A DNA stretch of 64,000 bases from Octopus sinensis (GCF_006345805.1 NC_043015.1:38068001-38132000), one strand, 5' to 3'. Shown: positions 26,153 to 40,597, numbered from the stretch's first letter. Program-made: numbers and translations. Notes: generated by a model from the sequence alone, not told the origin.

Positions 26153-26940
26153 ATAATTACAAGAGTAGAAGTTGCAGTAGCAACAGCAGCAGCAGCAGCA
26201 GTAGCAGCAACAACAACAGTAGCAGTAGTAGCAGTAGTCCCTTAATGGAAAGTTTGCCAAATTTTTGCTACATGTCTTGTTATATTTTATCTATATTTAG
26301 TCGAAACTTCACTTTTACTTGTGTCCAATGTCTTGGAGCTTTGTGGCCAACAAATATAATTCTTCTTCTTCTTCTTCTTCTTCTTCTTCATTCTCCCCCT
26401 TCCTCCCTCCGTCCCGCCCAAATACAAGCCATTCAAACATTTCTTTCAATGAACGACTCTATTCATTTCTTTCTGAAACCAAAATGTCCTCGGGTAGCAG
26501 GGTAGAGTCGGGTAGGGTGTGTGTATTGAGACAATTCCAAACATTCAATGCTTCTATTTAGACTCAATTTAATTCAATTTCAATTTAATTTAATTTCAAA
26601 GTCAAACATTATCAATTATCGCAGAAAAAAAGCAATTATACACGTTTTTTAACTTTTCTTTCTAAAATTACTTTCCTCTAGTTTTATTTTGCTTTGTTTG
26701 CCGACTTGAACATCATCATCATCATCATCATCATCACAACCATCATCGTCATGATCATCACCATCGTGATTTGTGGGGATTTTACATCTTTTATACAACC
26801 CCTCCACACAAATTGTAAACTGTCTTTGTAAAGTACCCTTCATTCTGATGCCCCTATGGCAAGTAAAAAAAGCATCGTGATCATCACCTTGATCATGCTG
26901 ATGATGATGATCATCATCATCGTTGTTGTTGTTGTCAAAC

Positions 26941-27020
26941 AACAAATGCTTAGCGGCGTTTCGTCCGTATGCACGTTCTGAGTTCAAATTCCGCCGAGGC
27001 CGACTTTGCTTTTCATCCTT
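26941..27020 (+). mobile_element. SINE family A 5' part fused to the downstream LINE
   Basis: AAATGCTTAGCGGCGTTTCGTCCG...GTTCAAATTCCGCCGAGGCCGACTTTGCTTTTCATCC. Confidence 0.8.
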
Positions 27021-28152
27021 TTGATAAGATGGATCATGGTATGATATGCTACAAACTGTGTGACCACGGAATAGCTGTTAAACTTGGAGAATGGTTACAC
27101 AACTTTCTGAAAGGTAGAAGTCAGACAATCGTGGCCAATGGCGCCACCGCAAAGAAAACAAAAAATGTCTTGGGACCACTGCTTTTCATAGTGGCCCTCT
27201 CAGATATGCCCTCAGCTGCCCGGATAGCCACCCTTGCTAGCTACGCAGACAATACATAAGTCTCGCAGAAAATACGGAATCTCAGTGATGTTACACATCT
27301 GCAGCAGGAGTTGGATTCAATTTAAAGATGGACTGAAGACAATAATATGCAGTTTAATGCTGAGAAATCCCAAGCCCTGCGCTACCAGAGTCCAAAACTG
27401 AATATAAAACTTACAGAGTATCCTGGTCCTTAGAGGATTACACTTCCAAAGCTTAAATCAGTGAGAAATCTGAGTACTGACATGAGTGATGATACCTCTT
27501 TCCAAGTGCACATTACCAGGATGGCGACAAAGTGCAGACGACGGGCATGATGGATCCTAAGAACATTCAGGACCAGAGAGCAGGAAACCATGATGGTCCT
27601 CTGGAGGACAGTCGTCCTGAGCTCCCTAGATTACTTCCCCCAGCTATGATCACCCAACAGTGTAAAATTAACAGTGGACATTGAAGCAATCCAGCAAAGC
27701 TTCACAAAGAAGATTGTCTCGTTGCAACAACTCAGCTACGGGAAGATCCTAGAAGAAATTGTTCCAAATTTTGGCATTGAAAGCTACACCATTACCAGAA
27801 CGGGACGACACTGCACAGTGTCAAAGATCCCAACAATGCCATCGCGCTTCAAGACAAGTCACTGCAACAGCCTGGGTTTCAGGAGCCCACAGCTATTTAA
27901 TATTCTCCCAGAGAGCTTGAAGGACCTACACAAAGTGGATGTAGGTGTTTTCAAATCAAAAATGGATCTCTTCCTGTCGAGAGTCCCAGATGAACTTACC
28001 TCGCGACAAGAGGTACAAATGAGGGTAGCGACATCAAACTCCCTTATTTACCAAATGCCACATATTAGAGGACGCTCTCAGTAATAACAGGGTAGCAGAA
28101 CGGCGGTGCCCCAGCATGACTTCAGCTCTGAGCTGAAACTACAAAAAATAAA
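27020..28152 (+). mobile_element. CR1/L2-group LINE, 5'-truncated (RT C-terminal half + 3' tail)
   Basis: FDKMDHG...WLHNFLKGRSQ...LGPLLFI...YADNT; PQLFNILP...FKSKMDLFL; tail GGCGGTGCCCCAGCATG...CTGAAACTAC. Confidence 0.88.
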
Positions 28153-28649
28153 CTGATGCACCCCCCCACCCCACACACACACATACCGATCAACAAACAC
28201 ATTCACACCCATACATAGACGCACATTCATTTATCTACTCATATTCATTTACATAGTTATATCGCTCGACACTCCATCATGAGTGATTGTATAAGTATGG
28301 ACGTTTGTGTGAGTGTATTTGCGAAAAATTAAAATTTAGCATGTTCAGACGAACATGTGAAATAAAGTAAAAAGACAACGTACACAATGCCGTTCACATC
28401 GAGCGTGTAGAGGAAAGCTCACAGCGAGCAGAAGGAAACTGTCGGCGTCTGGGATGCGATAGCATCGAAATAAAACATTTACTCACGGGGTGAGCGATTT
28501 CATATTACCTGAGGAGATACAACTAGATCCCATTATACAGGTAAACCGTTATTTAATTTAAATTTAAATCCTGTATATATGTGGATCTATGTTGCATCGA
28601 AACATATGGAATGGTCATTAAACAGCTGTCGAATTTTTTATTCTTTCAT

Positions 28650-29639
28650 TATATATATATATGTATATATATATATGTATGTATATATGTATATTTATAT
28701 ATATATATATATACACAAACATACATATACATACAAACATATATATACATATATACATACATATATATATATACATACATATATATAAATATTTATACAT
28801 ACATATACATACAAACATATATATACATATATACATACATATATATATATACATACATATTATAAATATTTATACATATATATAACATATATATAAATAT
28901 TTATACATATATACACATATATATATCTTATATATATATAAATATTTATACATATATATATATGTACATATATATATATAAATATTTATACATATATATA
29001 TATATATAAATATTTATACACACATATATCTATATATATACATATATATATATATATATAAATATTTATACATATATAATATATAAATATTAATATATAT
29101 ATATATTATATATAAATATTATCATATATATATATATATAAATATTTATACATATATATATATATATATCATATTATACACACAATATATATATATATAT
29201 ATATAATAGTTATACATATATATATATATATATATCAATTTTATACCTATATATAATATATATATATAAATATTTATACATATTATATATATATATATAT
29301 ATATAAATATTTATACATATATATATATATATAATATATAAATATTTATACATATCTATATATATATATATATATAAATATTTATACATATATATATATA
29401 TATATATAAATATTTATACATATATATATATATATAAATATTTATACATATCTATAATATATATAAATATTTATACATATATATATATATATATATAGAT
29501 ATATAAATATTTATACATATATAATACAATATTAATATACATATATTATATACATATATATACATATATATATGTATATATATATGTATATATACATATA
29601 TATAGCATACAATATATGTATATATGTATATTATATAGG

Positions 29640-29676
<37 letters not shown>

Positions 29677-30682
29677 GTATATATTATATATATGTATATA
29701 TATATATATGTATATATATATATGTATATATATATATGTATGTATATATATATGTATGTAATATATATGTATATATATATAATGTATATATATAATATGT
29801 ATATAATATATATGTATATATATATGTATATATTATATGTAATATATATTATATATAGATACATATATATATATATAACATATTATATATATATACATAT
29901 CTATATAGTACAGATATATATACACATCTATATAATATATATATTAAACATATATATATACATATATATATACACATATATATAATATACATATATATAT
30001 ACATATATATATACATAGATATATACATATATATATTATATATATATATAAATACATATAATAATACTATACTATATATATATATATTATATACATATAT
30101 ATATTATACATATATATATATATACATATTATTATACATATATTATACATATATATATACTATACATATATATACATATATATATACATATATATATATA
30201 TACAAATATATATACATATATATATATATACATATATATATATATCTATATACAAATATATATATATATATACAAATATACTATATATATATTAACATAT
30301 ATATATATACATATATATATATATACTTATAATATATATACATATATATATATACATATACATAAATATATATATATACACACATATATATATATACATA
30401 TATATACATAAATATATATATATATACACATATATATATAACATATATTATATATATATACATATAATATACATATATTATACATATATATATACATATA
30501 TATATATATACATATATATATACATATATATATACATATATATATACATATATATATATACATATATAATATATATTATACATATATATATACATATTAT
30601 ATATATACATATATATATACATATATATATATATACATATATATGTACATATATAATACATATATATATATGCCATAATATA
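28650..30682. repeat. ~2 kb (TA)n/(TACA)-type array with a recurring TAAATATTTATACA unit
   Basis: Direct inspection. Confidence 0.95.
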
Positions 30683-31114
30683 CATTGGAAGATCCTGGAG
30701 GGAAGTGTCCTGAACTTTGGCATCGAGAGTTACGCAAATGCCAGAACTGGGCGCCACTGCGTGGTGCCTAGGACTCCAAACCTGCCATCAAGATGTAGGA
30801 CAAGATTCTGTGATAGCCTGGGCTTCCGAGGCCCACAGCTCTTCAATATCCTCCCGAAGAACCTGAGAGACCTGCATGGGGTGGATACAGATGTCTTTAA
30901 AATGAAGCTGGATCTCTTCCTGTCAGGTGTCCAAGATGAACCAACTTCACGGCAGGTGGGGCAGATGAGGGCAGCTGCATCGAACTCTCTCATGCACCAA
31001 ATAGCAGTCGCTAGAAAGCCTCCATGAAGTGAAACCAAGTAGCAACACCAAATGGCGGTGCCCCAGCATGGCCACAGCTCATAAACTGAAACTAGAATCA
31101 ATCAATCAATCAAT

Positions 31115-31118
<4 letters not shown>
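30683..31118 (+). mobile_element. CR1/L2-group LINE 3' fragment with (ATCA)n tail
   Basis: [36 protein letters not shown]; same tail motif as 28100-28145. Confidence 0.88.
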
Positions 31119-31145
<27 letters not shown>

Positions 31146-31193
31146 CATATATATACATATATATAACATATACATATATATATATACATATAC

Positions 31194-31236
<43 letters not shown>

Positions 31237-31406
31237 TATATAATACATATATATATATATTATACATATACATATATATATATATATACCTATTATATAT
31301 ATCTATACAATATATATACATATACATATATATATTACATATACATATATATATATACATATACATATATATATACATATATATACATATATATATATAT
31401 AGATAC

Positions 31407-31444
<38 letters not shown>

Positions 31445-31452
31445 TCATATTA

Positions 31453-31492
<40 letters not shown>

Positions 31493-31538
31493 CATATACA
31501 TAATATATATATGATATATATATATATACATATATATA

Positions 31539-31590
<52 letters not shown>

Positions 31591-31768
31591 TGAATTAGAG
31601 ATAAAACCACTATTAGGCAAATCATACAATGAAAAACTTAAGCCAATACATAAGATTAATTAATTTATATATTATCTTATTAATTAATTAATTAATTAAT
31701 TTTTTTATTTTTATTTTTTTATATATATCAAAAGTATTAAAAGTTTAATAAAAGATAAAGAGTAAAAC

Positions 31769-31859
31769 ACTACGATCGTTTCATGGCTGTACCAATTCGA
31801 ATAACTATAATTTAAATTCAATTATTAATTCGAGTTATGGTTACAGTCAATCTTCAGGT
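31769..31859 (-). ncRNA. Type I hammerhead ribozyme motif (left arm)
   Basis: Minus strand: AC-CUGAAGA-U-UGACUGUA...UACAGCCA-U-GAAAC-GAUC-GUA-GU. Confidence 0.65.
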
Positions 31860-32841
31860 TAATTTAATTATTTTAAAAATAATCAGAAATATTTAAACAA
31901 TATTTTAACGATATAAATAATATAATAATTTTACTTATAATAAACTCTATTATCAAACTAGAAACTTAAAACTTAACAATTATGATTATATCAAAATCGA
32001 TTATAATGTTAAATATTAATTTTAATTTATAAGGTAGGAAACCCACCAATAATCTAATATCGGTAATAGTCTATATCTAATTACACCAATCTTTAGTCGA
32101 AACATATCTAAGTTTATCAAAGTTTATCTAATTTTAATTATAAGAAATTTTAAACTTTTAAATTTTAAATTTCTTATATTTAAAATTAGATAAACTTTGA
32201 TAAACTTAGATATGTTTCGATTAAAGATTGGTCCAGGCCCTGTCTAACTTAATAGCATAACTTAGTTATTGTCTTTTAAAATTGATATTCGCTAGTTATT
32301 CCCATTGATAATTATATTTATAGTATTTATAGTATTTATTTGATACTATATAACTACGAATCGATTATTTCTATAAGTATTTTACATAAGATTTCCGAAA
32401 GTTCGTTTAAGTTTGTTTGTTTAAATTTTTGAAATTAGCTATTTCATCTTTAAATATGAAAAATTAATTTATTAGGTTTTTATTATATGTGCATATATAT
32501 TTATTTATAGAGATTATTTTAGATCTTAATTATAATATTCATATACATTTATATATTTTCATTGATAATTTATATATAACAGTTATTTTTATATATTCAT
32601 TTTTTAAAAATATTTATGTAATTTGATATAGACTATTACCGATATTAGATTATTGGCGGGTTTCCTACCTTATAAATTAAAATTAATATTTAACATTATA
32701 ATCGATTTTGATATAATCATAATTGTTAAGTTTTAATTTTCTAGTTTGATAATAGAGTTTATTATAAGTAAAATTATTATATTATTTATATCTTTAAAAT
32801 ATTGTTTAAATATTTCTGATTATTTAAAAATATTTCAATTA

Positions 32842-32933
32842 ATCTGAAGATTGACTGTAACCATAACTCAAATTATTAATTGAATTTAAATTATTGTTAT
32901 TCGAATTGGTACAGCCATGAAACGATCGTAGTG
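32842..32933 (+). ncRNA. Type I hammerhead ribozyme motif (right arm)
   Basis: CUGAAGA 32844-32850; stem II UGACUGUA/UACAGCCA; GAAAC-GAUC-GUA 32919-32930. Confidence 0.65.
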
Positions 32934-33305
32934 ATTTACTCTTTATCTTTTATTAAACTTTTAATACTTTTGATATATATAAAAAATAAATAAATTAATT
33001 AATTAATTAATAAAATAATACATAAATATATAAAAATATACATACATACATATATATATATCTGTATATACATATATAAAATTTATAAGTTTAAATTATT
33101 TAAATAATTTTTTATTTTTAACTTTTATATTTTAAAATTAATTATATGTATTGGCTTATGTTTTTCACTGTTTGATTTGCCTAATAGTGGTTTTATCTCT
33201 AATTTAATATAATATAATATATTTATACTATAAAATTGGATTTAATCCTAAATCTAATTTTTCCCTGTGAGTTTGAATTTATTCCCTAATAATAATAATA
33301 ATAAT

Positions 33306-33341
<36 letters not shown>

Positions 33342-33374
33342 TATACATATACATATATACATATACACACATAT

Positions 33375-34107
33375 TTGGGAAAAAATAAGTTTAAAAGTTT
33401 ATAAGTTTGAGAGATCCAAAAACAGAGGAAGAATGATTTCTAATAAAGATTCATTATATTCATAAAAAACCAGCCAGAGCAAGTAATAAGCATATGAAAA
33501 TAGTAGCTGAAAAATATCGTTATAGGTATAAATATGCCATAAACAATTATGGAAAAAAAGTGGAGAAAAAGATGTTGCATCAAAATTAGATTTAATAAAA
33601 ATATTAGGATTCAATACATACGCGCGTTTGAAAGGACAATATAAATATGTTAGAAAATTTATAATCATAGTAATTATAATTAAATTTATGCATTGTTATT
33701 CTCATCAGTGTGAAGAAGTTTTGGAAGGACATCAAAAAAGGTTTAATAAAATAAAGTAAATGAAAATAAGATACAATAAGGCGGAATACAAAAGGGGTAA
33801 TAGGGAAAAATCAGATATTTACAAATAAGTTGTAAAAGGAAAAAATAACAGTAATAATAATATTTTAATTTATTTTATTAAACCTTTTTTGATGTCCTTC
33901 CAAAAATTCTTCACCCTGATGAGAATGACAATGCATAAATTTAATTATAATTACTATGGTTATATTTTTTCTTACATATTTGCACTGTCCTTTGAAACAC
34001 GCGTATGTATTGAATCCTATTTTGTTTTAAATCTAATTTTGATGCAACATCTTTTTTCTTCCATTTTCTATAATTGTTTATGATATATTTATACCTATAA
34101 CGATTTT
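33375..34107. mobile_element. Second fold-back element with paired hammerhead motifs
   Basis: ~33512-33755 is the reverse complement of ~33870-34106; flanked by TA-rich repeats. Confidence 0.72.
33911..34008 (+). ncRNA. Type I hammerhead ribozyme motif
   Basis: CUGAUGA 33916-33922; stem II GACAAUGCA/UGCACUGUC; GAAAC-ACGC-GUA 33994-34005; mirror copy at ~33615-33712 (-) has CAAAC-GCGC-GUA. Confidence 0.6.
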
Positions 34108-34408
34108 CTTCAACTACTATACACACACATATATATATATACATATATAAATACATATACATATATAACTACATACATATATATAATCATACACACACAC
34201 ACACACATATATATATACGTATATACACATATATACACGTATATACATATATATATACATTTATATATAGACATATATCTATACATACATATGTATACAT
34301 ATATATATATATATACACACACAAATATACATAAATGTATATATACATAAATATACATATATATATATATACATACAAATACATGCAAATACATACATGC
34401 ATACATAC

Positions 34409-34459
<51 letters not shown>

Positions 34460-35562
34460 TATATATATATATATATACATATATACACACATATATACAC
34501 AAATATACATACATAGAAGAAAAAAAATAGAAGTAGAAGGAGGAGAAAAAAGAGGGTAGAAGAAAAGATCAGGACGAGAAGGAAGAAAATGAAGATGATG
34601 AAGAAAAGCAAGGAGAGGAAGAAGGGAAGGAAAAGGAGAAAGGAAAAGAAAAGAAAGTGGAAGGAGAGAATGAAGAAAACGAAGAGGAAAAAGAAAAGGG
34701 AGAGGGACAACAAAGGTAAGAAAGAAAAAGTGGAAGAAGAGGAAGGAAAAGAAAGCCTTAATTTTCCTACAAAAATATAAAAAAGAAAAAGAAAATATGT
34801 ATCCACAGAAATTGACGTTACAGCAATAAATGAGAAACAGCAAACCTAAAAAGACCAGGTTTACAATGAAGCAACAAGGTTTTCTAATGTCGTCTGTGAT
34901 TGAATATGTTGTGATGATTGGCGCAGACAGAAGAGGAGCCACGTGACACGTGCAAAAGTTTAAAAACCCAACTGGTTGCAATCAGGGTTAGTCATTATGA
35001 AAACATCATTATTATGGCTAGAATAACATTTGAGGGTAGCAGAGTACGCGTTGTTGTTGTTATTGTTGTTGAAGTAGTGGCGGTGGTGGTGGTGATGATG
35101 ATGATGGCGTTGATAGTGATGATGATGATGATGACGGTGATGATGGCAATGACAATGATAATTATCATATGTCTGTTAGACATTGACACCTTTCGCATAA
35201 ACACCCAGACATATATATACATACGCGCGCACACATAAACACACACACCAGAGAAAGAGTAGGAGGAAGAGAGTAGTAGTAGTAGTAGTTGTTGTTGTAG
35301 TAGTTGTTGTTGTTGTAGTAGTAGTTGTAGTAGTAGTGGCAACAACAACAGCAGCGTCTAAGCGTAAGAAGTAATTGTAGGTGTAGGTTGAAGTGGGGAG
35401 GAGTCAAATGATGGTACCATTCAAAAATGATATTGTGGTATTCCTATGTAAGCAAACTTCGAAAGATGGACGTTTGAAGAATTCTTTTGTTTTGAATTTT
35501 TCCAAGTCTTTTTTTATGTTCTTTGGAGAGAAGGAATAACGATCTGGTTTATTCTTTTATTC

Positions 35563-35712
35563 ACTTACTTGTTTTAGTCAGTTGACTGTGGCCATGCTGT
35601 AGCACCGCCTTTAGTCGAGCAAATCGATCCCAGGACTTATTCTTTGTAAGCCTAGTACTTGTTCTATCGGTCTCTTTTGCCGAATCACTAAGGGGACGTA
35701 AACTCACCAGCA
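35563..35712 (-). mobile_element. SINE family B 3' part
   Basis: Matches 8609-8740. Confidence 0.8.
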
Positions 35713-36054
35713 TATATATATATATATATGCGTGTGTGTGTGTGTGTGTATGTGTGTGTGTGTATTATTATATCTATCTATCTGTGTGTTGTATTTTATC
35801 TTCTTGTTTTTAGTACACAAATATATTGAGGTCAGATGTAGGAGTATGTGCGTGTGCGAAATAGAGAGAGAGAGAAAGAAAGAAGAGAGAGAGAGAAACT
35901 GTGTGTGTGTTGTGTGTGTAGGAATGTGTGAGAGCGTTTGTGTGTACGAGTATGAGATCACGAGAATGCAGCTGCTATTTCTAGCAGGTCAAGTGCCATA
36001 TAAACATTCCTCTATTTGGTTCCATGTTGTTAATATGATTAAATTGTCGTGGGT

Positions 36055-36400
36055 GGAGGAGTAGCAGAATCATTAGAGCACCGAACAAAATGCTTTGCAG
36101 TATTTCTTCCGGCCCCACGTTCAGAGTTCAAATGCCAACGAAATCAATTTTGATTCCATCCGGAGTGGATAAAAATAAATACTGGTTGATGAATGGGGTC
36201 ATTGTAATCGACTTATACCCTCCCCTAAAAGTAGCAAGCTTTATGCTAAAATAGCAGCAAGCTGACCGAATCACTAGCACGCCGGATAAAATGCTTAACG
36301 GCATTTCGTTCGGCTCTTTAATTCTGAATTCCAATACCACCGAGGTCAACTTTGCTTTTAATCCTTTCGGTGTTGCAGGCATTGTGCCAAAATCGTAAAG
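36055..36400 (+). mobile_element. Two tandem SINE family A copies
   Basis: Repeated heads GCAGAATCATTAGAGCACCG / GCTGACCGAATCACTAGCACGCCGG and family A body. Confidence 0.75.
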
Positions 36401-37052
36401 AATTACCATAAAGAATTATCTTTGCTATTACTAATGTTGTCCTTGTTATTTAGCCCCAGGTCAATGCTGGTTGAACTAGGTCTAAGCCAGTCTACATATG
36501 ATTATTTTCCATCTTCTCAGACGAAATTATCTAATGCGTTCTTTCTCTTTTTCTTCTTTTTTTTATTTAAAGATAGAGCTGTGCCATTTGAGAGAAATTT
36601 AGTTGCTATTTCCATCGAGCGCTATGCTCACAGAACCTTCACAGTATCATTCATGTCACTAACAGAATATTGTGCGATCAGATATTCAAAAGCCGCTCTT
36701 TCTCCAGCATTTTATTAATGTCAAAACGACGACTGTTTAATACTTCTGCAAATATAATGAGCTTCTCTGATATGCATAAGCTACAACTTCTATCGTCTTA
36801 GAAAGATGATAGTTTTAATGATGAAATTTAACAGCTTTTAAAGCTACAGACACGCAATCTGAGATGCTGTCAGATTGAAGTTAAATAGTTAAAAAGGTGT
36901 TGGAGGAGAGAATGCTGGTTTGTGATGTTTCAAAACTTATTTTCCCTTCTCTCTCTCTCTCCGTTATTCTCTCTTTCTTTATGTTCTTCGTCTGTCTCTC
37001 TGTCACTGCGATCTTCTTCTTCTTCTTCTTCTTCTTCTTCTTCTTCTCTTCT

Positions 37053-37125
<73 letters not shown>

Positions 37126-37201
37126 TAAAAATACACATTAAGTACAGGACACACATACACACACACACACGTCTATCTGTCTGCCAGTCTGTCTGTCTGT
37201 A

Positions 37202-37232
<31 letters not shown>

Positions 37233-38692
37233 GTCTCTGTCTCTCTCTGTCTCTCTCTCTCTCTCCCGTTCTCTATCCATATTAGAAATAGAACTAATGA
37301 GTCCATGTGTACCTTGAATCCTGCCTGGATTGGGATCCGCATTCACAGGTCATTAGCATTTTATTGTAGCTACTTAGCTTATGTCCACTAATCTAGGTGA
37401 CAAAGACATGTAATGTCTCTTTGGTGTAGTCGTTAGCATAGCGGTAAACATTCCAAGAGGCACAGAGTCCGAAACCTGCAGATGATGTTGTGACAGTCTT
37501 CGTTTTATCTGGCTATCTATGTATATAGTGAAGTTTCTTTTGACCGGAACTTCAGATTTCGCTTTTGGTGGACCTTCAGCGATTTCGAATTTTACAATAA
37601 ATTTGACTCTACTTTCAGTATTGAGCACGCCGTTCTTAAACATTCCATTTTTATTCTTAAAATAATAACCTTATTTGATCATAGGTATGTGTGTGCGTGT
37701 GTATATATATGTATGCATATATATGTGTATATGTGTGTGTGTGTAAGTGTGTGTGTGTGAGTATATATGTATGTGTAGGTATATGCATATATATAATTAA
37801 ACATGTGTAAAGATTGTTGATAAGATGTATGAGTGTGCGTGTATATGTATATACCTTTACACCTGTATATATACCAGTACAAATGTATTTAATCTAACAT
37901 ACGCGTGCGTGTGTGTGCATGTATGTGAATGGATATAAATATATATGTGTGCATATGTACATGTGCGTGTATGGGCATATATGCATACACACGTATACGC
38001 GTATGCATTTGTGTATGCGTCTGTGTAAGTATGTATACACACACACATATATATTTATGTCTGTCTTTGTATTTCCCCCCTCATCTTTCGGCTGGGCACT
38101 TAATAATGATGATGATGATGATGATGGTGGCGGTTGTGGAGGGGATGGGCTAATTTATATTTTATATATAATGATTTAGAAATTTTTCTATTGGTGAATC
38201 AACATTTAAACAATTGTCGTATTATACAATGAAGCGGTCTGCTCAATCCACTTTATACTATTGATATTCCTATAAAAACACTACGGATAATACGGAATTA
38301 CACATGTGTATCCAGTAATAAGAACTATCTCACTGTAGCATAGCATTTGTTAACCGATACCTGCAGACGAGCTTTGTAAAGCAAACTACAAGGTTTATAT
38401 CTGTATAGAATTTACAAACACGCACGCGCACACACACACATAAACACACAATACTTTTCGCAAACGTTAAACACCATAACTCGAGTGTCAAAACGACTAC
38501 TGTGGTAATTTTCCCACTTCAAAGCACGCTTGTATGTATGTTTGTATTTAAGTGTGTGTGTGTGTGTAGAGAGAGATGTATGTACGTGTGTGTGTATGTA
38601 TGTATATATGTCTGTATGTGTGTGTATGTAGAGATGTACGGATGGGTATTTGTATGTATGTATGTGTGTATGTGTGTGTGTGTGTGTGTGTG

Positions 38693-38728
<36 letters not shown>

Positions 38729-39034
38729 ATACGTAAGTGTGTGTAAAATAAATAACGGTTTACCAAAAATGCTTAAAACGTTTCTGTCATGTCTTCTTCA
38801 CGTAAGACAGCAAACATTGCACAAAAACTTCAAATTTTATTGTCATAAAGCAATAAAAACGGCGCAGATTACAGCAGAACAACATTATACAGAGTAAGTG
38901 TTTAATCAGTTATATTACAATATAAAACCACTATTTAAATATTTTGAATAACAATCTACAGTAGACAACGTGTTTTTAGGTATTGCTTTGTTGCTTCATT
39001 TCAATTTCCTGCTGTTTTTGTTGGTGTTTGTTGT

Positions 39035-39100
<66 letters not shown>

Positions 39101-39455
39101 TGTGTGTGTTTGGTCTTGTATGGACTACATTATGTTGTTGTTGTTATTGTTTGTAGTTCTTGAATTGGGAATAAATATTCTGCAAAATCTCTCTGCCAAG
39201 AATTTCGTTAAAGAATTCCTCGATCAAGTGTAAAACGTTCAAGTGTTTGTAGAAGGGGAAAAAAGAATGGAAGTAATTGACGTAGATTCACACACACACA
39301 CTCAGAGTTCTTCTTCATACCCCAGTTTTTTATATTCTCGGTTCAAATCCACCCAATGTTTATTTGACTTTCATTCCTCCGGGGTCGATCTAATCGACTA
39401 AACCCTTCGCTCTAAAACTCGAGTCTTGGGACAAAATTTGATACTCTTAACTCTC

Positions 39456-39641
39456 TTTTATTTGTTTCAGTCATTTGATTGCGGCTAAGCTGGAGCACCG
39501 CCTTTAGTCGAGCAAATCGACCCCAGGACTTATTCTTTGTTAGCCTAGTACTTATTCTATCGGTCTCTTTTACCGAACTGCTAAGTTACGGGGACGTAAA
39601 CACACCAGCATCGTTTGTCAAGCGATATTGGGCAGGGGGGA

Positions 39642-39699
<58 letters not shown>

Positions 39700-39847
39700 C
39701 ACATATATACGACAGGCTTCTTTCAGTTTACGTCTACCAAATCCACTCACAAGGCTTTGGTTGGCCTGAGGTGCCATGCAGTGGGACTGAACTCGGAACC
39801 ATGTGGTTGGTAAGCAAGCTACTTATAACACAGCCACACCTGCGCCT
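39456..39847 (-). mobile_element. Near full-length SINE family B
   Basis: Minus strand: tRNA-like head GGCTGTGTTATAAGTAGCTTGCTTACC...GGTTCCGAGTTCAGTCCC, internal (TG)n, LINE-like tail. Confidence 0.85.
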
Positions 39848-39863
39848 ACAATTATCATTATTA

Positions 39864-40200
39864 TTGAGTCAGAGTGCAGTGTAAGCCGTCAAAGTTACAA
39901 AGTGACACTGGGGTACAAATAAACGAAACCCAATATATCCACCATGATTACCCGTCCCATAAGGGTACAGCAGGCACATGCATCACAACCATATGTACAT
40001 GACATGGTGATCTCATTTCAAGATGAAAAGCGTATGACCTTGTAGGTGGGGCCCAGTTACAATTTGTTTCAGGTCGAGTAGCCCATCCCATTCAAAAGGT
40101 CCCTGAATAAGGTTTGTTTAAGGCTGTTTCCAGAAGTGAATTATCCAAACCCCAAAGAATTTCTCTCAACACATGGCTATGATAGCCCTTACTCCCATTA
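39864..40200 (-). mobile_element. Interspersed repeat family C copy
   Basis: Reverse complement of 25820-26152. Confidence 0.7.
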
Positions 40201-40597
40201 CTTATTAAGGTTTCAGCTTGCAGAATCGTTAGCGACGCGGACAAAATGCTTAGCAGCGTTTCTTCTAACACTTTAGTTTCTGACCTCAATTTCCTCAGAG
40301 TACAGCCTTTCATACTATCAGAGTCTTTAAAACGGAGTTTAACATTACATTAGGATAACAGCCAAATCATGAAAAAGCCCCCATTTCTAGTTGCTTGACT
40401 GCCTACAAAATTTCCCACTTAAATTTGAATCTCCTTATAAGGAATTATCTAGTATGTATTTCTTTTGTGTACAAAAGAAAGCAATGAAGCAGTCACGTTT
40501 GAATTGTTTTTATGTTAAAGGATTTGCTGTGCAGTGATCTGGAGGATGCACTGTCACATAAAAAAAAGTATAAGGAATAAATTTAGTAAAAAGGTGT

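Larger units (their letters stand above)
31586..33290. mobile_element. Large fold-back element with two divergently oriented hammerhead motifs; probable non-autonomous Penelope-like element
   Basis: ~31586-32085 is the reverse complement of ~32618-33208; 32086-32232 is itself a hairpin; flanked by (TA)n. Confidence 0.75.

Noticed and set aside
34515-34800. Lys/Glu/Arg-rich ORF
   Set aside because: Purine-rich low-complexity tract, not a supported exon
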